Counted from the first letter of the stretch, positions 33,952 to 43,774 are shown. The stretch is DNA of 64,000 nucleotides from Chloroflexota bacterium (GCA_005882255.1 VBEZ01000124.1:69953-133952); one strand, 5' to 3'. Notes: generated from the letters alone by a model not told the origin. Made by a program: numbers and translations.

Positions 33952-35142
33952 ATGACCTGGAGCGACCGCAGGATCGCGACCCTGCTCGCGGCCGCAGGTG
34001 CCGTGGCGTACCTCGTCGCCGGGTCGGGACTTCTTACCGACTACGACTATTACGGACGTCTCGCGCAGGCGCTCCTCCACGGACAGTGGTGGGTGAGTGA
34101 AGCGCCGCCCTGGCTCAACGAGCTCGTCCCCTGCGGCGATGCGCGGTGGTGCGTCGTGTATCCACCGCTCCCGGCGATCCTCGCGATGCCGCTTGCGGCG
34201 GTGCTGCCGACCGCGCTCGCGCAGGTGCTCGTTTCGCGCATCGCGGGCGGCGTCTCCGCCGGGATCCTGTATCTCGCGCTGCGCGCGTTCGGAGCGCCGC
34301 GCCGCGTGGCGATCACCGGAGCGCTCCTCTCGACGTGCGGGACCACGCTCTTCTTCTCGAGCGTCGACGGACGTGCGTGGTTCGCGGCGCACGCCGTCGC
34401 GATGCCGTTTCTCTGCGCCGCCCTCCTGTTCGCCGCTCGCGGCGAGCGCGCGTGGGTCATCGGTGTCTGCATCGGGCTCGCGGCGCTGGCGCGCCTCCCC
34501 GTGGCCGCCGCGGCTCCGGCGCTGGCGCTGCTCCTCGCGCGGCGCGCCGGAGCGCCATATCTGCGAACGCTCGGGGGCGTCGTGATCGGCGGGGCGCCGT
34601 TCGCTCTCGTCTACGTCGGCTGGAACCTGCTGCGGTGGGGATCCGTGTTCGACGCCGGATACGTGCAGCTCACGCAGGGCGACGTCTTCTTCACCCGCGG
34701 ACTCTTCTCACCGTTCTATCTGCCGCGTCACATCTACGCGATCTTCCTCGAGCCGCCCGATCTCGTGGAGGGAACGCCGTTCTTCCTGCGGCCGCGCGGC
34801 ATCGGCACGGCGCTGTTCCTGACGACGCCGGCGTTCCTGTGGCTGTTCGCGGGTCTCCGCGGCCTGCGTCGTGACGCCGGCACCGCGGCCGTGGCGCTCG
34901 CCGCGCTGCTTGCGCTCGTGCCCGACATCTTCCACGGCACCGTCGGCTTCCAGCAGTTCGGCTATCGCTTCTCCATGGACGCGCAGCCCTTCCTCGTCGC
35001 GCTCGCGCTCGTGGGGGACGCACGCGGCGGTGCCACCTGGCGCGCGCGCCCGTCGTGGCTCTTCGTCGCGGTCGTGACGGTGTCGGTCGTGATCAACCTC
35101 TACGCGATGATCGCGATCACGCGCTTCGATTACTGGCAGTGA
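33952..35142 (+). CDS. Polytopic GT-C-like membrane glycosyltransferase (DUF2029/GT87-like)
   Basis: About 11 TMS, with an acidic/aromatic first loop TDYDYYG. ATG at 33952; the ORF-track start at 33862 would overlap the divergent GT2 start. Its stop overlaps the next gene's GTG (GTGA). Confidence 0.6.
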   Translation: MTWSDRRIATLLAAAGAVAYLVAGSGLLTDYDYYGRLAQALLHGQWWVSEAPPWLNELVPCGDARWCVVYPPLPAILAMPLAAVLPTALAQVLVSRIAGGVSAGILYLALRAFGAPRRVAITGALLSTCGTTLFFSSVDGRAWFAAHAVAMPFLCAALLFAARGERAWVIGVCIGLAALARLPVAAAAPALALLLARRAGAPYLRTLGGVVIGGAPFALVYVGWNLLRWGSVFDAGYVQLTQGDVFFTRGLFSPFYLPRHIYAIFLEPPDLVEGTPFFLRPRGIGTALFLTTPAFLWLFAGLRGLRRDAGTAAVALAALLALVPDIFHGTVGFQQFGYRFSMDAQPFLVALALVGDARGGATWRARPSWLFVAVVTVSVVINLYAMIAITRFDYWQ

Positions 35143-38100
35143 CCGAGACGGAGCTGACCGTGCGCGACGACCGCCGCACGAACCTCGCTACGGCGGGCCT
35201 CATCACCCTCGGTGTCGCGCTGCGCTTGCTGACGCTGCGCTCGCCCGGTTTCCCCAGCGACGTCGGCACGTTCCAGGCGTGGGCCGAGCACCTGGTCCAG
35301 GTCGGGCCCGGCGGCTTCTATGCGCCGGATTACTTCAGCGACTACCCGCCGGCCTATCTCTATGTCCTCTGGCTGTTCGGCGCCGTCTTCGATGGTGAGC
35401 TGCTCCGCCTCGCGGTGAAGGCCGCGAGCATCCCGGCGGACGTCGCGATCGCCGTCGGAGCGGCCGCGCTGGCGTGGCGTCACGCCGGTCGCGGGAGCGC
35501 GATCCTCGCCGCCGGCCTGTGGTCGCTCTCGCCGGCGGCGATCTTCGCCGGCCCGTACTGGGGGCAGATCGACGCGGTCGGGTCGCTGCCCCTCTTCGCG
35601 GCGCTCGTTGCCGCGGGACGCGGCCGCTGGGCGACGGCCGGTGCGCTCGCCGCGCTCGCCGCGATGGTGAAGCCGCAGTTCGGCATCGGCGCGGTCGTGA
35701 TCGCCGGCGCGGTGCTCATCGAGCTGATCCGGTACGGACGCTGGCAGCCGCTCGGGCGCGTCGCGCTCGCCGGCGTCGTCACCGCGCTCGCGCTGGGTGC
35801 GCCGTTCAAAGCGGGGCCCGCGGAGCTCGTCGACCTCGTGAAGAAAGCATCCGAGACCTATCCCTACACATCGCTGTTCGCGTTCAACGTGTGGTCGATC
35901 GCCGCCGATTTCTGGCAGCCCGACGCCGCGTACGTCGGCATCGGGACGCTGCTGCTGGTCGCGGGGCTGCTCGGCTCGTGCGTCCCGCTGTGGTGGCGCC
36001 GCGACACCGCGACGTTCCTCGCGGCGGGCACGCTCGCGGCCTGCGCCTTCTACTTCCTGCCCACGCGCGCCCACGAGCGATACCTGTTCCCTGCGCTCGT
36101 CCTGCTGCTCCCGCTCGCCGCGGTGCGCGCGCGCCTCCTCTGGCCGTACGTCGCGTTCTCCCTCGGCTTCGCGGTGACGCTGTACTTCGCGTTCACGCGC
36201 TACGCGCAGAACGACCTCAAGTCGCCGCCATGGCTCGAGTCGACGCTCTTCTCGCGCACCGGTCAGATCGTGCTCGCGCTCTTCATGCTCGGCACGGCCG
36301 GGCTCGTCGCGTGGCGGCTCCTCCGTGGCGAGGCGCGCCTCGAGCCGTCGCTCGATGTCTCCCTTCCGGCGGCGCCGGCGCCCGACGCCGAGCCGCGCGC
36401 TGCCTGGCGCCTGCCGGCGGCGCTCGCGACGGGACATGCGCCGACGCGCCGCGACCTTTCGATCGCACTGCTCGTCGCGATCGCCGTCCTCGTGACGCGC
36501 GGTTACCGGCTCGATCACCCGCGCGACATGTACTTCGACGAGGTCTATCACGCGCGCACCGCGTTCGAGCTCCTCGCGCAGCGCGATCCGTACGAGTGGA
36601 CGCACCCGCATCTCGCGAAAGAGATCATGGCGCTCGGCATCCTCGCGTTCGGCGACGATCGCGTCGTCGGTCACGAGCCTGCGCCTGGCGCGAACGCCGT
36701 GGCCCTCGCCGTCGGTCCCGACGGCACCCGCGCCTACGCCACGTCCGACGGCGTCATCACCCTTCGCGCGCGCGACAGCGCCGTGAGTCGCGACGTGGTG
36801 AAGGGCGCGCTCGGTGTGCGTGCCCTGGTCCTCGACGGCTCGCGCATCCTCTGGGCGACGGACACCGAACTCTTCCAGAGCCCGGTGACGGAGCCGCCGA
36901 GCAACTTCGTGACTCCGCGCGCGAGACTTCCGGTCGGCGGCCCGGTCACGGCGCTGTTCGTATCCGGCGGCCGCGTCGTCGTCGCCACCGCGTCGGGCGT
37001 CGCCGTCTACACCGCCATCGACGCGGCGCCGGTCGTCTCGCAGCTGGGCGCCGCGAGCGTGACGTCCAACCCGGACGGCACCGAGCTCTATGTCCTCGAC
37101 GCGCACGGCGATGTCCACGTCCTCGATCCCGCGACCGGCAACGAGACGCGACTGCTTCCGGGTGGCGGCCCGGGTCGCGCGATCGCATACGCGCAGGCGC
37201 CGAACCGACTCTTCGTCGCGCGCGCGGACACGCCGGCTCTCGACGTATACGAGCTGCCGAACGGCCAGCGCGACTCAGTGCCGCTCGCGAACGCGCGCAC
37301 CGGCACCTTCGCGTCGGGCGCGACCGCCCTGGTGGTCGTGCCGCGCACGCAGTTCCTCTACGCCCTCGCGGAGGGCCGCGTCGTGGTCGTCGAAGTGCAC
37401 GGCGCCTCGCCGTTCGCCGCGATACCGGTGTCGGGCTCACTCCTCGCGTTCGACAACGACGACGACAAGCTGCTCGTCGCGGGCCCCGGCGGTGCCGACC
37501 TCATCGAGACCGGACGCCACGCTCTTGCCTGGCGCCTGCCGGGGGTGTTGCTCGGCGCGATCCTCGCGTTCTTCCTCGTGCTACTCGCGCGCCGGCTGTT
37601 CGCTTCGCCGGCCGTGGCGTGGCTCGTCGGCGCGGCGGTGCTGCTGTGCGGATCGATGTTCGCGCAGGCGCGCATCGGCATGAACGACATCTACGTCGCG
37701 ACGTTCATCGTCGCCGGGTGGTACTTCATCGTCGCGGCGCACCGGCCCCGGCGTTCCGCCGCCGCCGACCTCGTGATCGCGGGAGCGCTGCTCGGGCTCG
37801 GCCTCGCCTCGAAGTGGGCCGCGGCCTACACCCTGGGTGGCGTCTTCGTGCTATCAGTCGGCGTCACCGCGCTCGCGTACGAACGCGGGCGGCCCGGGAC
37901 CGGCGGACCGCTCGATCTTCTCGCCGGCCGGGGACGTGGCGCCGCGCTGCTCTTCGTCTCGTTCGCGGTGATCCCGCTCCTCATCTACCTCGGTAGCTAC
38001 GCGAGCTGGTTCGGCGGCAAGACGGCGCCGTACGGCTGGAATCTGTGGGAGCTCACGCAGCAGATGTACTGGTACCACAGCTCCCTGACCGCCCCGCACT

Positions 38101-38732
38101 GCGCGGGCTCGCCCTGGTGGAGCTGGCCGCTCGATCTCAAACCGGTCTACTGGTACTTCGGCGCGAGCGGCGGCGGCGCGAATGGGTACATCTACGACGC
38201 CGGCAACATCGTGCTCTTCTGGGCGGCGTTGCCGGCGGCCGCGCTCATCGTCGCGCTCGCGGTCCGCGCGCGGTCGCACTCGCTCGCGCTGCTGTCGCTC
38301 GCGATGCTCGCGCAATACCTCGCGTGGATCCCGATCTCACGCGTCCTGTTCTTCTACCACTTCTTCACCGTGCTGCCGTTCTACCTCCTCTCCCTCGCCG
38401 CGGTGCTTGGCGGGCTGTGGGAGCGCCGGCGGAAGGCGGTGCTCGTGTTCGTCGGGATCGCCGCGGCGTCGTTCGTCATCTTCTATCCGTACGTCTCCGG
38501 CCTGCCGATCCCGGGTGAGCTCGGGAGCCTCTACGCGATCCTGCCGACGTGGCAGTACGACCCGGCGTTCTATCCGACCGACTCATGTCCGACGCCGGTG
38601 AGCGCGGGGGTGCTGACGTCGGCGACCGTCGCGGCGGCGTGGATCGTCGAGACCGCCGTGCTGCTCTTCGCCGTCGCCGTCGCGATCGGCCTGCCGGCCG
38701 CGCGTCGGCTGCTCGACCGACTCGGGCTCTAG
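35139..38732 (+). CDS. Roughly 1197-aa chimeric membrane glycosyltransferase: an N-terminal GT-C/DUF2029-like module, then a GT39/PMT-like module whose first periplasmic loop (DE motif) carries a roughly 300-aa beta-propeller-like insert
   Basis: N-module PDYFSDYPPAYLYVLWLFG. PMT signature MYFDEVYHARTAFELL...HPHLAKEIMALGILAFG. The insert has repeats such as TELYVLDAHGDVHVLD and LFVARADTPALDVYEL. After the insert come the canonical PMT/ArnT helices LLARRLFASPAVAWLVGAAVLL...QARIGMNDIYVATF. GTG start coupled to the preceding gene. Confidence 0.7.
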   Translation: MTETELTVRDDRRTNLATAGLITLGVALRLLTLRSPGFPSDVGTFQAWAEHLVQVGPGGFYAPDYFSDYPPAYLYVLWLFGAVFDGELLRLAVKAASIPADVAIAVGAAALAWRHAGRGSAILAAGLWSLSPAAIFAGPYWGQIDAVGSLPLFAALVAAGRGRWATAGALAALAAMVKPQFGIGAVVIAGAVLIELIRYGRWQPLGRVALAGVVTALALGAPFKAGPAELVDLVKKASETYPYTSLFAFNVWSIAADFWQPDAAYVGIGTLLLVAGLLGSCVPLWWRRDTATFLAAGTLAACAFYFLPTRAHERYLFPALVLLLPLAAVRARLLWPYVAFSLGFAVTLYFAFTRYAQNDLKSPPWLESTLFSRTGQIVLALFMLGTAGLVAWRLLRGEARLEPSLDVSLPAAPAPDAEPRAAWRLPAALATGHAPTRRDLSIALLVAIAVLVTRGYRLDHPRDMYFDEVYHARTAFELLAQRDPYEWTHPHLAKEIMALGILAFGDDRVVGHEPAPGANAVALAVGPDGTRAYATSDGVITLRARDSAVSRDVVKGALGVRALVLDGSRILWATDTELFQSPVTEPPSNFVTPRARLPVGGPVTALFVSGGRVVVATASGVAVYTAIDAAPVVSQLGAASVTSNPDGTELYVLDAHGDVHVLDPATGNETRLLPGGGPGRAIAYAQAPNRLFVARADTPALDVYELPNGQRDSVPLANARTGTFASGATALVVVPRTQFLYALAEGRVVVVEVHGASPFAAIPVSGSLLAFDNDDDKLLVAGPGGADLIETGRHALAWRLPGVLLGAILAFFLVLLARRLFASPAVAWLVGAAVLLCGSMFAQARIGMNDIYVATFIVAGWYFIVAAHRPRRSAAADLVIAGALLGLGLASKWAAAYTLGGVFVLSVGVTALAYERGRPGTGGPLDLLAGRGRGAALLFVSFAVIPLLIYLGSYASWFGGKTAPYGWNLWELTQQMYWYHSSLTAPHCAGSPWWSWPLDLKPVYWYFGASGGGANGYIYDAGNIVLFWAALPAAALIVALAVRARSHSLALLSLAMLAQYLAWIPISRVLFFYHFFTVLPFYLLSLAAVLGGLWERRRKAVLVFVGIAAASFVIFYPYVSGLPIPGELGSLYAILPTWQYDPAFYPTDSCPTPVSAGVLTSATVAAAWIVETAVLLFAVAVAIGLPAARRLLDRLGL

Positions 38733-39637
38733 GGGCTCGCGCTCGGCGGCGGCGCCGTCGGCGACGGTTCCGACGTCGGGGACGGCGTCGGTGTCGGTGT
38801 CACGGACTCGCTCGCCGTGGGCGACGCGGTGAGGGGACTCGGTCGCGCCGAAGAAGCCGGCGGGACGGAGCTCGCCGCGAAGAGGACCGCGACCGCGCCG
38901 CCGATCGTGACGAGGATCAGGAGCGCGAACACGATGAATGCGACCGCGCGGCCCGCGGTGCTCGTGACCGTCGGCCCGCGCGTGGGCGCGTGTACGAGGA
39001 CGGTGATGTTGTCCTGACCGCCGCGGGCGTTCGCGAGGTCGACGAGCGCGTTCGCCGCGACGCGCACGTCCTCACCGCTCGCCGCCTTCGCGATCTCTTC
39101 GGGCGTGACGTGGCGCGTGAGACCGTCGCTGCAGAGCAGGAGCCGGTCGGTCGGACGCAGGCTCTCGACGTAGATGTCCGGTTGGATGCCACGCACGTCG
39201 CCGGCGAAACGCGTGATCGCGTGCGCCATCTCGCCCGAGTGATCCTCGGTGAGCTGCCGGCTGGCGCCGTCGCGGATCAGGTACGCCCGGCTGTCGCCGA
39301 GGTTGGCGATGATCGCCTGGTCCGCGCGCACCGCCGCGGCGACGATGGTGGTCGCCGCGTCGTGATGGCCCGATGCGCTCGCCGCCCTCAGCACAGCGGC
39401 ATTCGCATCGCGCATCGCCTCGGCGAGCGCGTCGCTCGTCGCGCGATCGGGCGGCGCACCGAAAAAGCGGAGCCCGAGCTCGACGAGCGCGGCATCCGCC
39501 GCGACCTCACCACCGCTCGATCCGCCGACGCCGTCGGCGACGGCGAGCAGCGTGACGCCGCGCTCTTCGCGGACGAGGTAGCGGTCTTCGTTCCCGTCAC
39601 GAACGCGGCCCGTATCGGTCCTCGCACCGGTCGCCAC
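38729..39637 (-). CDS. PP2C-family Ser/Thr phosphatase (PstP-like) with a C-terminal TM helix and a Pro/Ser/Thr-rich extracytoplasmic tail
   Basis: Motifs TDTGRVRDGNEDRYLV, AVADGVGG, GDSRAYL, LLCSDGL and GGQDNITVLV. TM helix FIVFALLILVTIGGAVAVLF, then a PTPTPSPTSEPSPTAPPP tail. The likely start is the internal GTG; the ORF-track start at 39787 overlaps the kinase. Confidence 0.85.
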   Translation of the reverse strand: MATGARTDTGRVRDGNEDRYLVREERGVTLLAVADGVGGSSGGEVAADAALVELGLRFFGAPPDRATSDALAEAMRDANAAVLRAASASGHHDAATTIVAAAVRADQAIIANLGDSRAYLIRDGASRQLTEDHSGEMAHAITRFAGDVRGIQPDIYVESLRPTDRLLLCSDGLTRHVTPEEIAKAASGEDVRVAANALVDLANARGGQDNITVLVHAPTRGPTVTSTAGRAVAFIVFALLILVTIGGAVAVLFAASSVPPASSARPSPLTASPTASESVTPTPTPSPTSEPSPTAPPPSASP

Positions 39638-39642
39638 GCGCG

Positions 39643-40926
39643 TCAGTCCTGCGACTTCCCGCCGCAGTCCTTGCCGCCGACGAGGAAGAGGCGCGCGGTC
39701 GCGCCCTGCTGCGCGGCCGTCCCGGGCTGCGGCTCCTGCCGTGCGACGGTGCAGGCCTGGCCCTGCGCCGCGGGATCCACCTGCCACGGCACGGGAGACC
39801 GGTAGCCCGCCGCGATGAGAAGCCGCGCCGCCTCGTCGACGCTCCGACCGACGACGTTCGGCGTGACGTGTGCGCCGGCGGATGCCGACGGAGCGCCGGT
39901 GGGCCGCGCATCGACCGCACGGCCCTGGAACGACGCGAAGATCGCGAGCGTGGCGACGAGCACGAGGACGATCGCCAGGAGCGCGATCGTCGTGTCGACA
40001 TGGAACTCGCGCCGACCGCGGGCGCGAAGCGGCCGCGTCACCGGTGGCAGGACGCCCGTAGCGTCGTCGCGCTGCGACGCCGCGAGCAGTTCGCGCGCGA
40101 ATGCTCCGGCGCTCGCGTACCGGCCCTGCGGATCTCGCGCGAGCGCCTTCGCGACGACCCGGTCGATCTCCTCGCTGATGCCGACACGTGCCGAGCGCAG
40201 CGACGGCGCCCGACCGTCCAGGCGGACGCGCAGCAGATCCTCGGTCTCCATCTCGGCGTTCGGCGGCCGACCGGCGATGAGCTCGTAAGCGACGAGACCG
40301 AGGCTGTAGACATCGCTGCGCTCGGTCGGAGCGCGGCCCTCGATGCGCTCCGGCGCGATGTACCGCGCGGTGCCGATGAGCTCGTGCTCGCGTGGCCCGC
40401 GCGCCGCGCGCGCGATGCCGAAGTCGGTGAGCTTCGCGGTGCCCTGCTGGTCGACGATGACATTCGCAGGCTTCACGTCGCAGTGGATGACGCCCGCTTC
40501 GTGCGCCGCGTCGAGCGCGGCCGCGATCTGCGCCACCAGGCGCGCGGCCTCGTGCGGGCGTAGCGGTCCGCGGTCAGCCACGACGTCACGCAGCGTTCGC
40601 CCGCGCACGAGCTCCATGACCATGAAGGCGTCGGCGCCGTCGCGGCCCTCGTCGAAGACCGTGACGACGTTCGGATGTATCACGGACGCCGCGCGCCGCG
40701 CCTCATCCGCGAAGCGCTCGCGGAACGCCTCGTCGGCACTGGGACCCAGGATCTTGATCGCCACATCGCGGTCGAGGCGCTCGTCGCGAGCCTGCCAGAC
40801 CTCGCCCGCGCCGCCTTCGTCGATGCGTTTGTTCAGGCGGTAGCGGCCGGCGAGGACCCGGCCCTCCGTCGCGTCCTCACCACCTTCGGCGCGTTCTTCC
40901 GATGGCATGCCTTTCGTTGGCGGCAA
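39643..40926 (-). CDS. Hanks-type Ser/Thr protein kinase with a single C-terminal PASTA domain; non-RD catalytic loop (HCD)
   Basis: VAIKIL, HCDVKPANV (Arg to Cys in the HRD motif), DFGIA, GTARYIAPE, a TM helix, and one PASTA domain (VTPNVVGRSVDEAARLLIAAGY...). Confidence 0.85.
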   Translation of the reverse strand: MPPTKGMPSEERAEGGEDATEGRVLAGRYRLNKRIDEGGAGEVWQARDERLDRDVAIKILGPSADEAFRERFADEARRAASVIHPNVVTVFDEGRDGADAFMVMELVRGRTLRDVVADRGPLRPHEAARLVAQIAAALDAAHEAGVIHCDVKPANVIVDQQGTAKLTDFGIARAARGPREHELIGTARYIAPERIEGRAPTERSDVYSLGLVAYELIAGRPPNAEMETEDLLRVRLDGRAPSLRSARVGISEEIDRVVAKALARDPQGRYASAGAFARELLAASQRDDATGVLPPVTRPLRARGRREFHVDTTIALLAIVLVLVATLAIFASFQGRAVDARPTGAPSASAGAHVTPNVVGRSVDEAARLLIAAGYRSPVPWQVDPAAQGQACTVARQEPQPGTAAQQGATARLFLVGGKDCGGKSQD

Positions 40927-40929
40927 GGC

Positions 40930-42054
40930 TCAGGCCAGCGCCATCAGGGTCGCGAGCGCGGCTTCGTACACGTGGTCGTTCCCCGCGATCGTGAGCTCCT
41001 CGCCGAGCAGCTCGCGGATCCCGAGCGCCGGTAGCGGCACGACGCGCTCGGCGCGCACCGTGCCGCCCACGATCGCGGTAGCCGTCGCGTGACGCTGGTC
41101 CGGTGCGCGTTTGATCACGAACTCCGCGCTCTCGCCGCCGAGCGCGGCCTGGATGCGGACGCCCGAGACGTCACCGGCGTCGAGACCACGCTCGAAGCGT
41201 GGCCGCAGACGGACCATGACCGCGGCATCGTCCGAGCGCGCCATCTTGAAGAGCACGCCGCCGGCCTCCGAGGGCGCGAGACGTTCCACCGGGCGCCAAG
41301 CAAGGCGCGATGCCAGCCATCCAAGGAGCAGCAGCGCCTGCGACGGGTGGATGTCGCGGCCATCCATATCGACGGCGAAGCCAGCACGTATCCCGGTGAT
41401 GCCGTTCAGGAACGGGCGCCAGGCGGGCACGTCGAAGAACTGCGCGATGAGCTCGCGCCAGTCCGTGAGCCGTGCCCAGTTCAGATCCGTGATGCCGACG
41501 CGGAAGCGCGCGAGGCGCGCGACTTCCGGCAAGGTGAGGTCGGCGCGCGCGAAGTCCGCCGAATCGACGATGAGACGGTCCGCGAGCGTCACCAGATCGT
41601 CGACGTGCCGCCCGTCGCTCGGCGGCGTCCCCGTCCACCACAGGAAGACCGGCAGGTCCGGCACGAGGAGCGGGATGACGACGCTCGCGACGCGCTCGTC
41701 GAAATCGCCGCGCACCCGCGCGAGGATCTGCTCGTAGAGCACCGGCTGGGCGCCGTCAGACCGCGGAACATGGCAGTGCAGTTGCAGCGACGCGAGCACG
41801 CCGTCGCGCCGGCGGTCGCCGAGCACGATGATCGCGCGCGAAGGGTGCCGCAGCGCGAGATCCGCCACCGCGCGCGCCGCACGCCGCGCATGTATCTCGC
41901 GCTCGGCGTAGACGACGAGGTTGAGGACCGACGCTCGCGCGAGCGCTTGGCCGCGCTCCCTCGCGTGCGCCACTGCCGCGCGACGGAGGCGAGCCAGCTC
42001 GCGTTCGAGGGCGTCGATGCTCGCGGCGCGCGCACCCCAGAACGCCTCGTCCAT
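40930..42054 (-). CDS. opcA: OpcA, glucose-6-phosphate dehydrogenase assembly protein
   Basis: OpcA-family similarity, and the conserved position downstream of zwf. The start was taken at the internal M (MDEAFWG). Confidence 0.7.
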   Translation of the reverse strand: MDEAFWGARAASIDALERELARLRRAAVAHARERGQALARASVLNLVVYAEREIHARRAARAVADLALRHPSRAIIVLGDRRRDGVLASLQLHCHVPRSDGAQPVLYEQILARVRGDFDERVASVVIPLLVPDLPVFLWWTGTPPSDGRHVDDLVTLADRLIVDSADFARADLTLPEVARLARFRVGITDLNWARLTDWRELIAQFFDVPAWRPFLNGITGIRAGFAVDMDGRDIHPSQALLLLGWLASRLAWRPVERLAPSEAGGVLFKMARSDDAAVMVRLRPRFERGLDAGDVSGVRIQAALGGESAEFVIKRAPDQRHATATAIVGGTVRAERVVPLPALGIRELLGEELTIAGNDHVYEAALATLMALA

Positions 42055-42059
42055 GACGG

Positions 42060-43583
42060 TCACGGCCGTCGCCAGGTCCGGCCGTCGCGCGCGAGGAGTG
42101 TCTCGGCTGGCTCGGGTCCCCACGTCCCGGCGGCGTACGTCGCGAGCTCCTGCCGTCCCGCATGCCACCCCGCGAGGATCGGGTCGACGAAGGCCCACTG
42201 CTGCTCGACCTCATCGCGGCGCGTGAAGAGCGTCGCGTCCCCACGGAGGGCGTCGAGGATCAGTGTCTCGTACGAATCGGGCGCGTCGACCATGAACGAT
42301 TCGCCATATCCGAAGTCCATGTTCACCGAACGGATCCGCAGGCCCTGGACCGGGACCTTCGCCCCGAAGGTGAGCGAGATGCCTTCGTCCGGTTGGATCC
42401 GTAACACGAGCTCGTTGGCATCGACTCCTTCCGACGCCTCCCGCGTGAAGATCCGGTGCGGCGCGAGGCGGAAGCGGATCGCGATCTCGGTGGAACGCTT
42501 CGGCAGCCGCTTCCCCGTCCGGATGTAGAAGGGCGTGCCTTCCCACCGCCAGTTGTCGATGAAGCACTTGAGGGCGACGTACGTCTCGGTCGGCGAGCTC
42601 GGCGCGACGCCGGTCTCCTGGCCGTAGCCCACGACCCGCTCGCCGCCGATGAACCCCGGACCGTACTGGCCGCGCACGGTGAGCTCGCCGACCTCTTCTG
42701 GCGCGATCCGCCGGAGCGCGCGTAGCACCTTGACCTTCTCGTCGCGCACGGAGCGGTCGTCGAACGCGGACGGAGGCTCCATGGCGACGAGCGCGAGGAG
42801 CTGCAGGAGATGGTTCTGCACGATGTCGCGCATCGCGCCCGCGCTGTCGTAGTAGCCGGCGCGTTCTTCGATCCCGATCGATTCGGCGGCGGTGATCTGA
42901 ACGTGATCGACGTACTGACGTGTCCAGATCGGCTCGAAGATGCTGTTCGCGAAGCGGAGGACGAGGATGTTCTGGACGGTCTCCTTGCCGAGGTAGTGAT
43001 CGATCCGAAAGACCTCGTCCTCGCGGAACACTTCCTGGATGACGCTGGTGAGGTGCATCGCGCTCTCGAGGTCGTGCCCATACGGCTTTTCCACCACGAC
43101 GCGCGACCAACCGGTCGCCCCCCGCAGGTCGTGCGCGCCGATCGCGCGGATGATCGGCTCGTACGCGGCCGGCGGTGTCGCGAGATAGAACAGCCTGTTG
43201 CCGTTCGCGCCGATCTCGCCATCGATGCGGGCGAGGACGCGCGAAAGCTCGTCGAATCCGCTGTCGTCCGGCGTCGGCACGTAGTGGATGGAGCGTGCGA
43301 ACGTCGCCCAGACCTCCTCGTTGATCGGCCTGGTGCGGCTGAACTCCGCGACCGCGTCGTGAAGCTCCGTGCGGAACGCGTCCTCGGTGACGGCGCGCCG
43401 AGCGGAACCGATCACGGCGAACGACGCCGGCAAGAGATGCTGTAACGCCAGGTTGTACAGCGCCGGCACGAGCTTGCGCGCCGTGAGATCGCCCGACGCG
43501 CCGAATATCACGAGGCATGCCGGCTCGGGCGTGCGAGCAAGTCGCAATCCTTCGCGCAACGGATTCGCGAGGGTTACGGTCAC
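42060..43583 (-). CDS. zwf: Glucose-6-phosphate 1-dehydrogenase
   Basis: GASGDLTARKL dinucleotide motif, RIDHYLGKE active site, and a full-length G6PD. Confidence 0.9.
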   Translation of the reverse strand: MTVTLANPLREGLRLARTPEPACLVIFGASGDLTARKLVPALYNLALQHLLPASFAVIGSARRAVTEDAFRTELHDAVAEFSRTRPINEEVWATFARSIHYVPTPDDSGFDELSRVLARIDGEIGANGNRLFYLATPPAAYEPIIRAIGAHDLRGATGWSRVVVEKPYGHDLESAMHLTSVIQEVFREDEVFRIDHYLGKETVQNILVLRFANSIFEPIWTRQYVDHVQITAAESIGIEERAGYYDSAGAMRDIVQNHLLQLLALVAMEPPSAFDDRSVRDEKVKVLRALRRIAPEEVGELTVRGQYGPGFIGGERVVGYGQETGVAPSSPTETYVALKCFIDNWRWEGTPFYIRTGKRLPKRSTEIAIRFRLAPHRIFTREASEGVDANELVLRIQPDEGISLTFGAKVPVQGLRIRSVNMDFGYGESFMVDAPDSYETLILDALRGDATLFTRRDEVEQQWAFVDPILAGWHAGRQELATYAAGTWGPEPAETLLARDGRTWRRP

Positions 43584-43774
43584 GTTCGCTTAGCCAGCGC
43601 GACGCGGCGTGCGGTGTGGCTCGACGTCGCGGCACTCCTCTCGCTCGCTGCTGGCTACGCCGGCCCGCCGTTCACCTAGCGCGCTCTGTTCGGGCCGGCT
43701 GGGCGCAGACGCTCGCTCGAGGAGCGCCGCGCCGTCCTCGCCACCCCACACGCCGTCACGTCGTGCAGGCTGTC

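Noticed and set aside
35130-37118. A 662-aa minus-strand ORF, and many similar long Arg/Asp/Glu-rich ORFs: 14739..16088 N-terminal part, 19263..20456, 30082..32532 N-terminal part, 42211..43635, 44852..46489, 47605..49041, 55896..57266, 20662..22539.
   Set aside because: These are typical high-GC antisense or shadow ORFs. They have RDR/RGR-biased composition and no family similarity, and they overlap well-supported genes on the other strand. Only the C-terminal zinc-ribbon part of 14739..16088 and the rhomboid part of 30082..32532 were kept.
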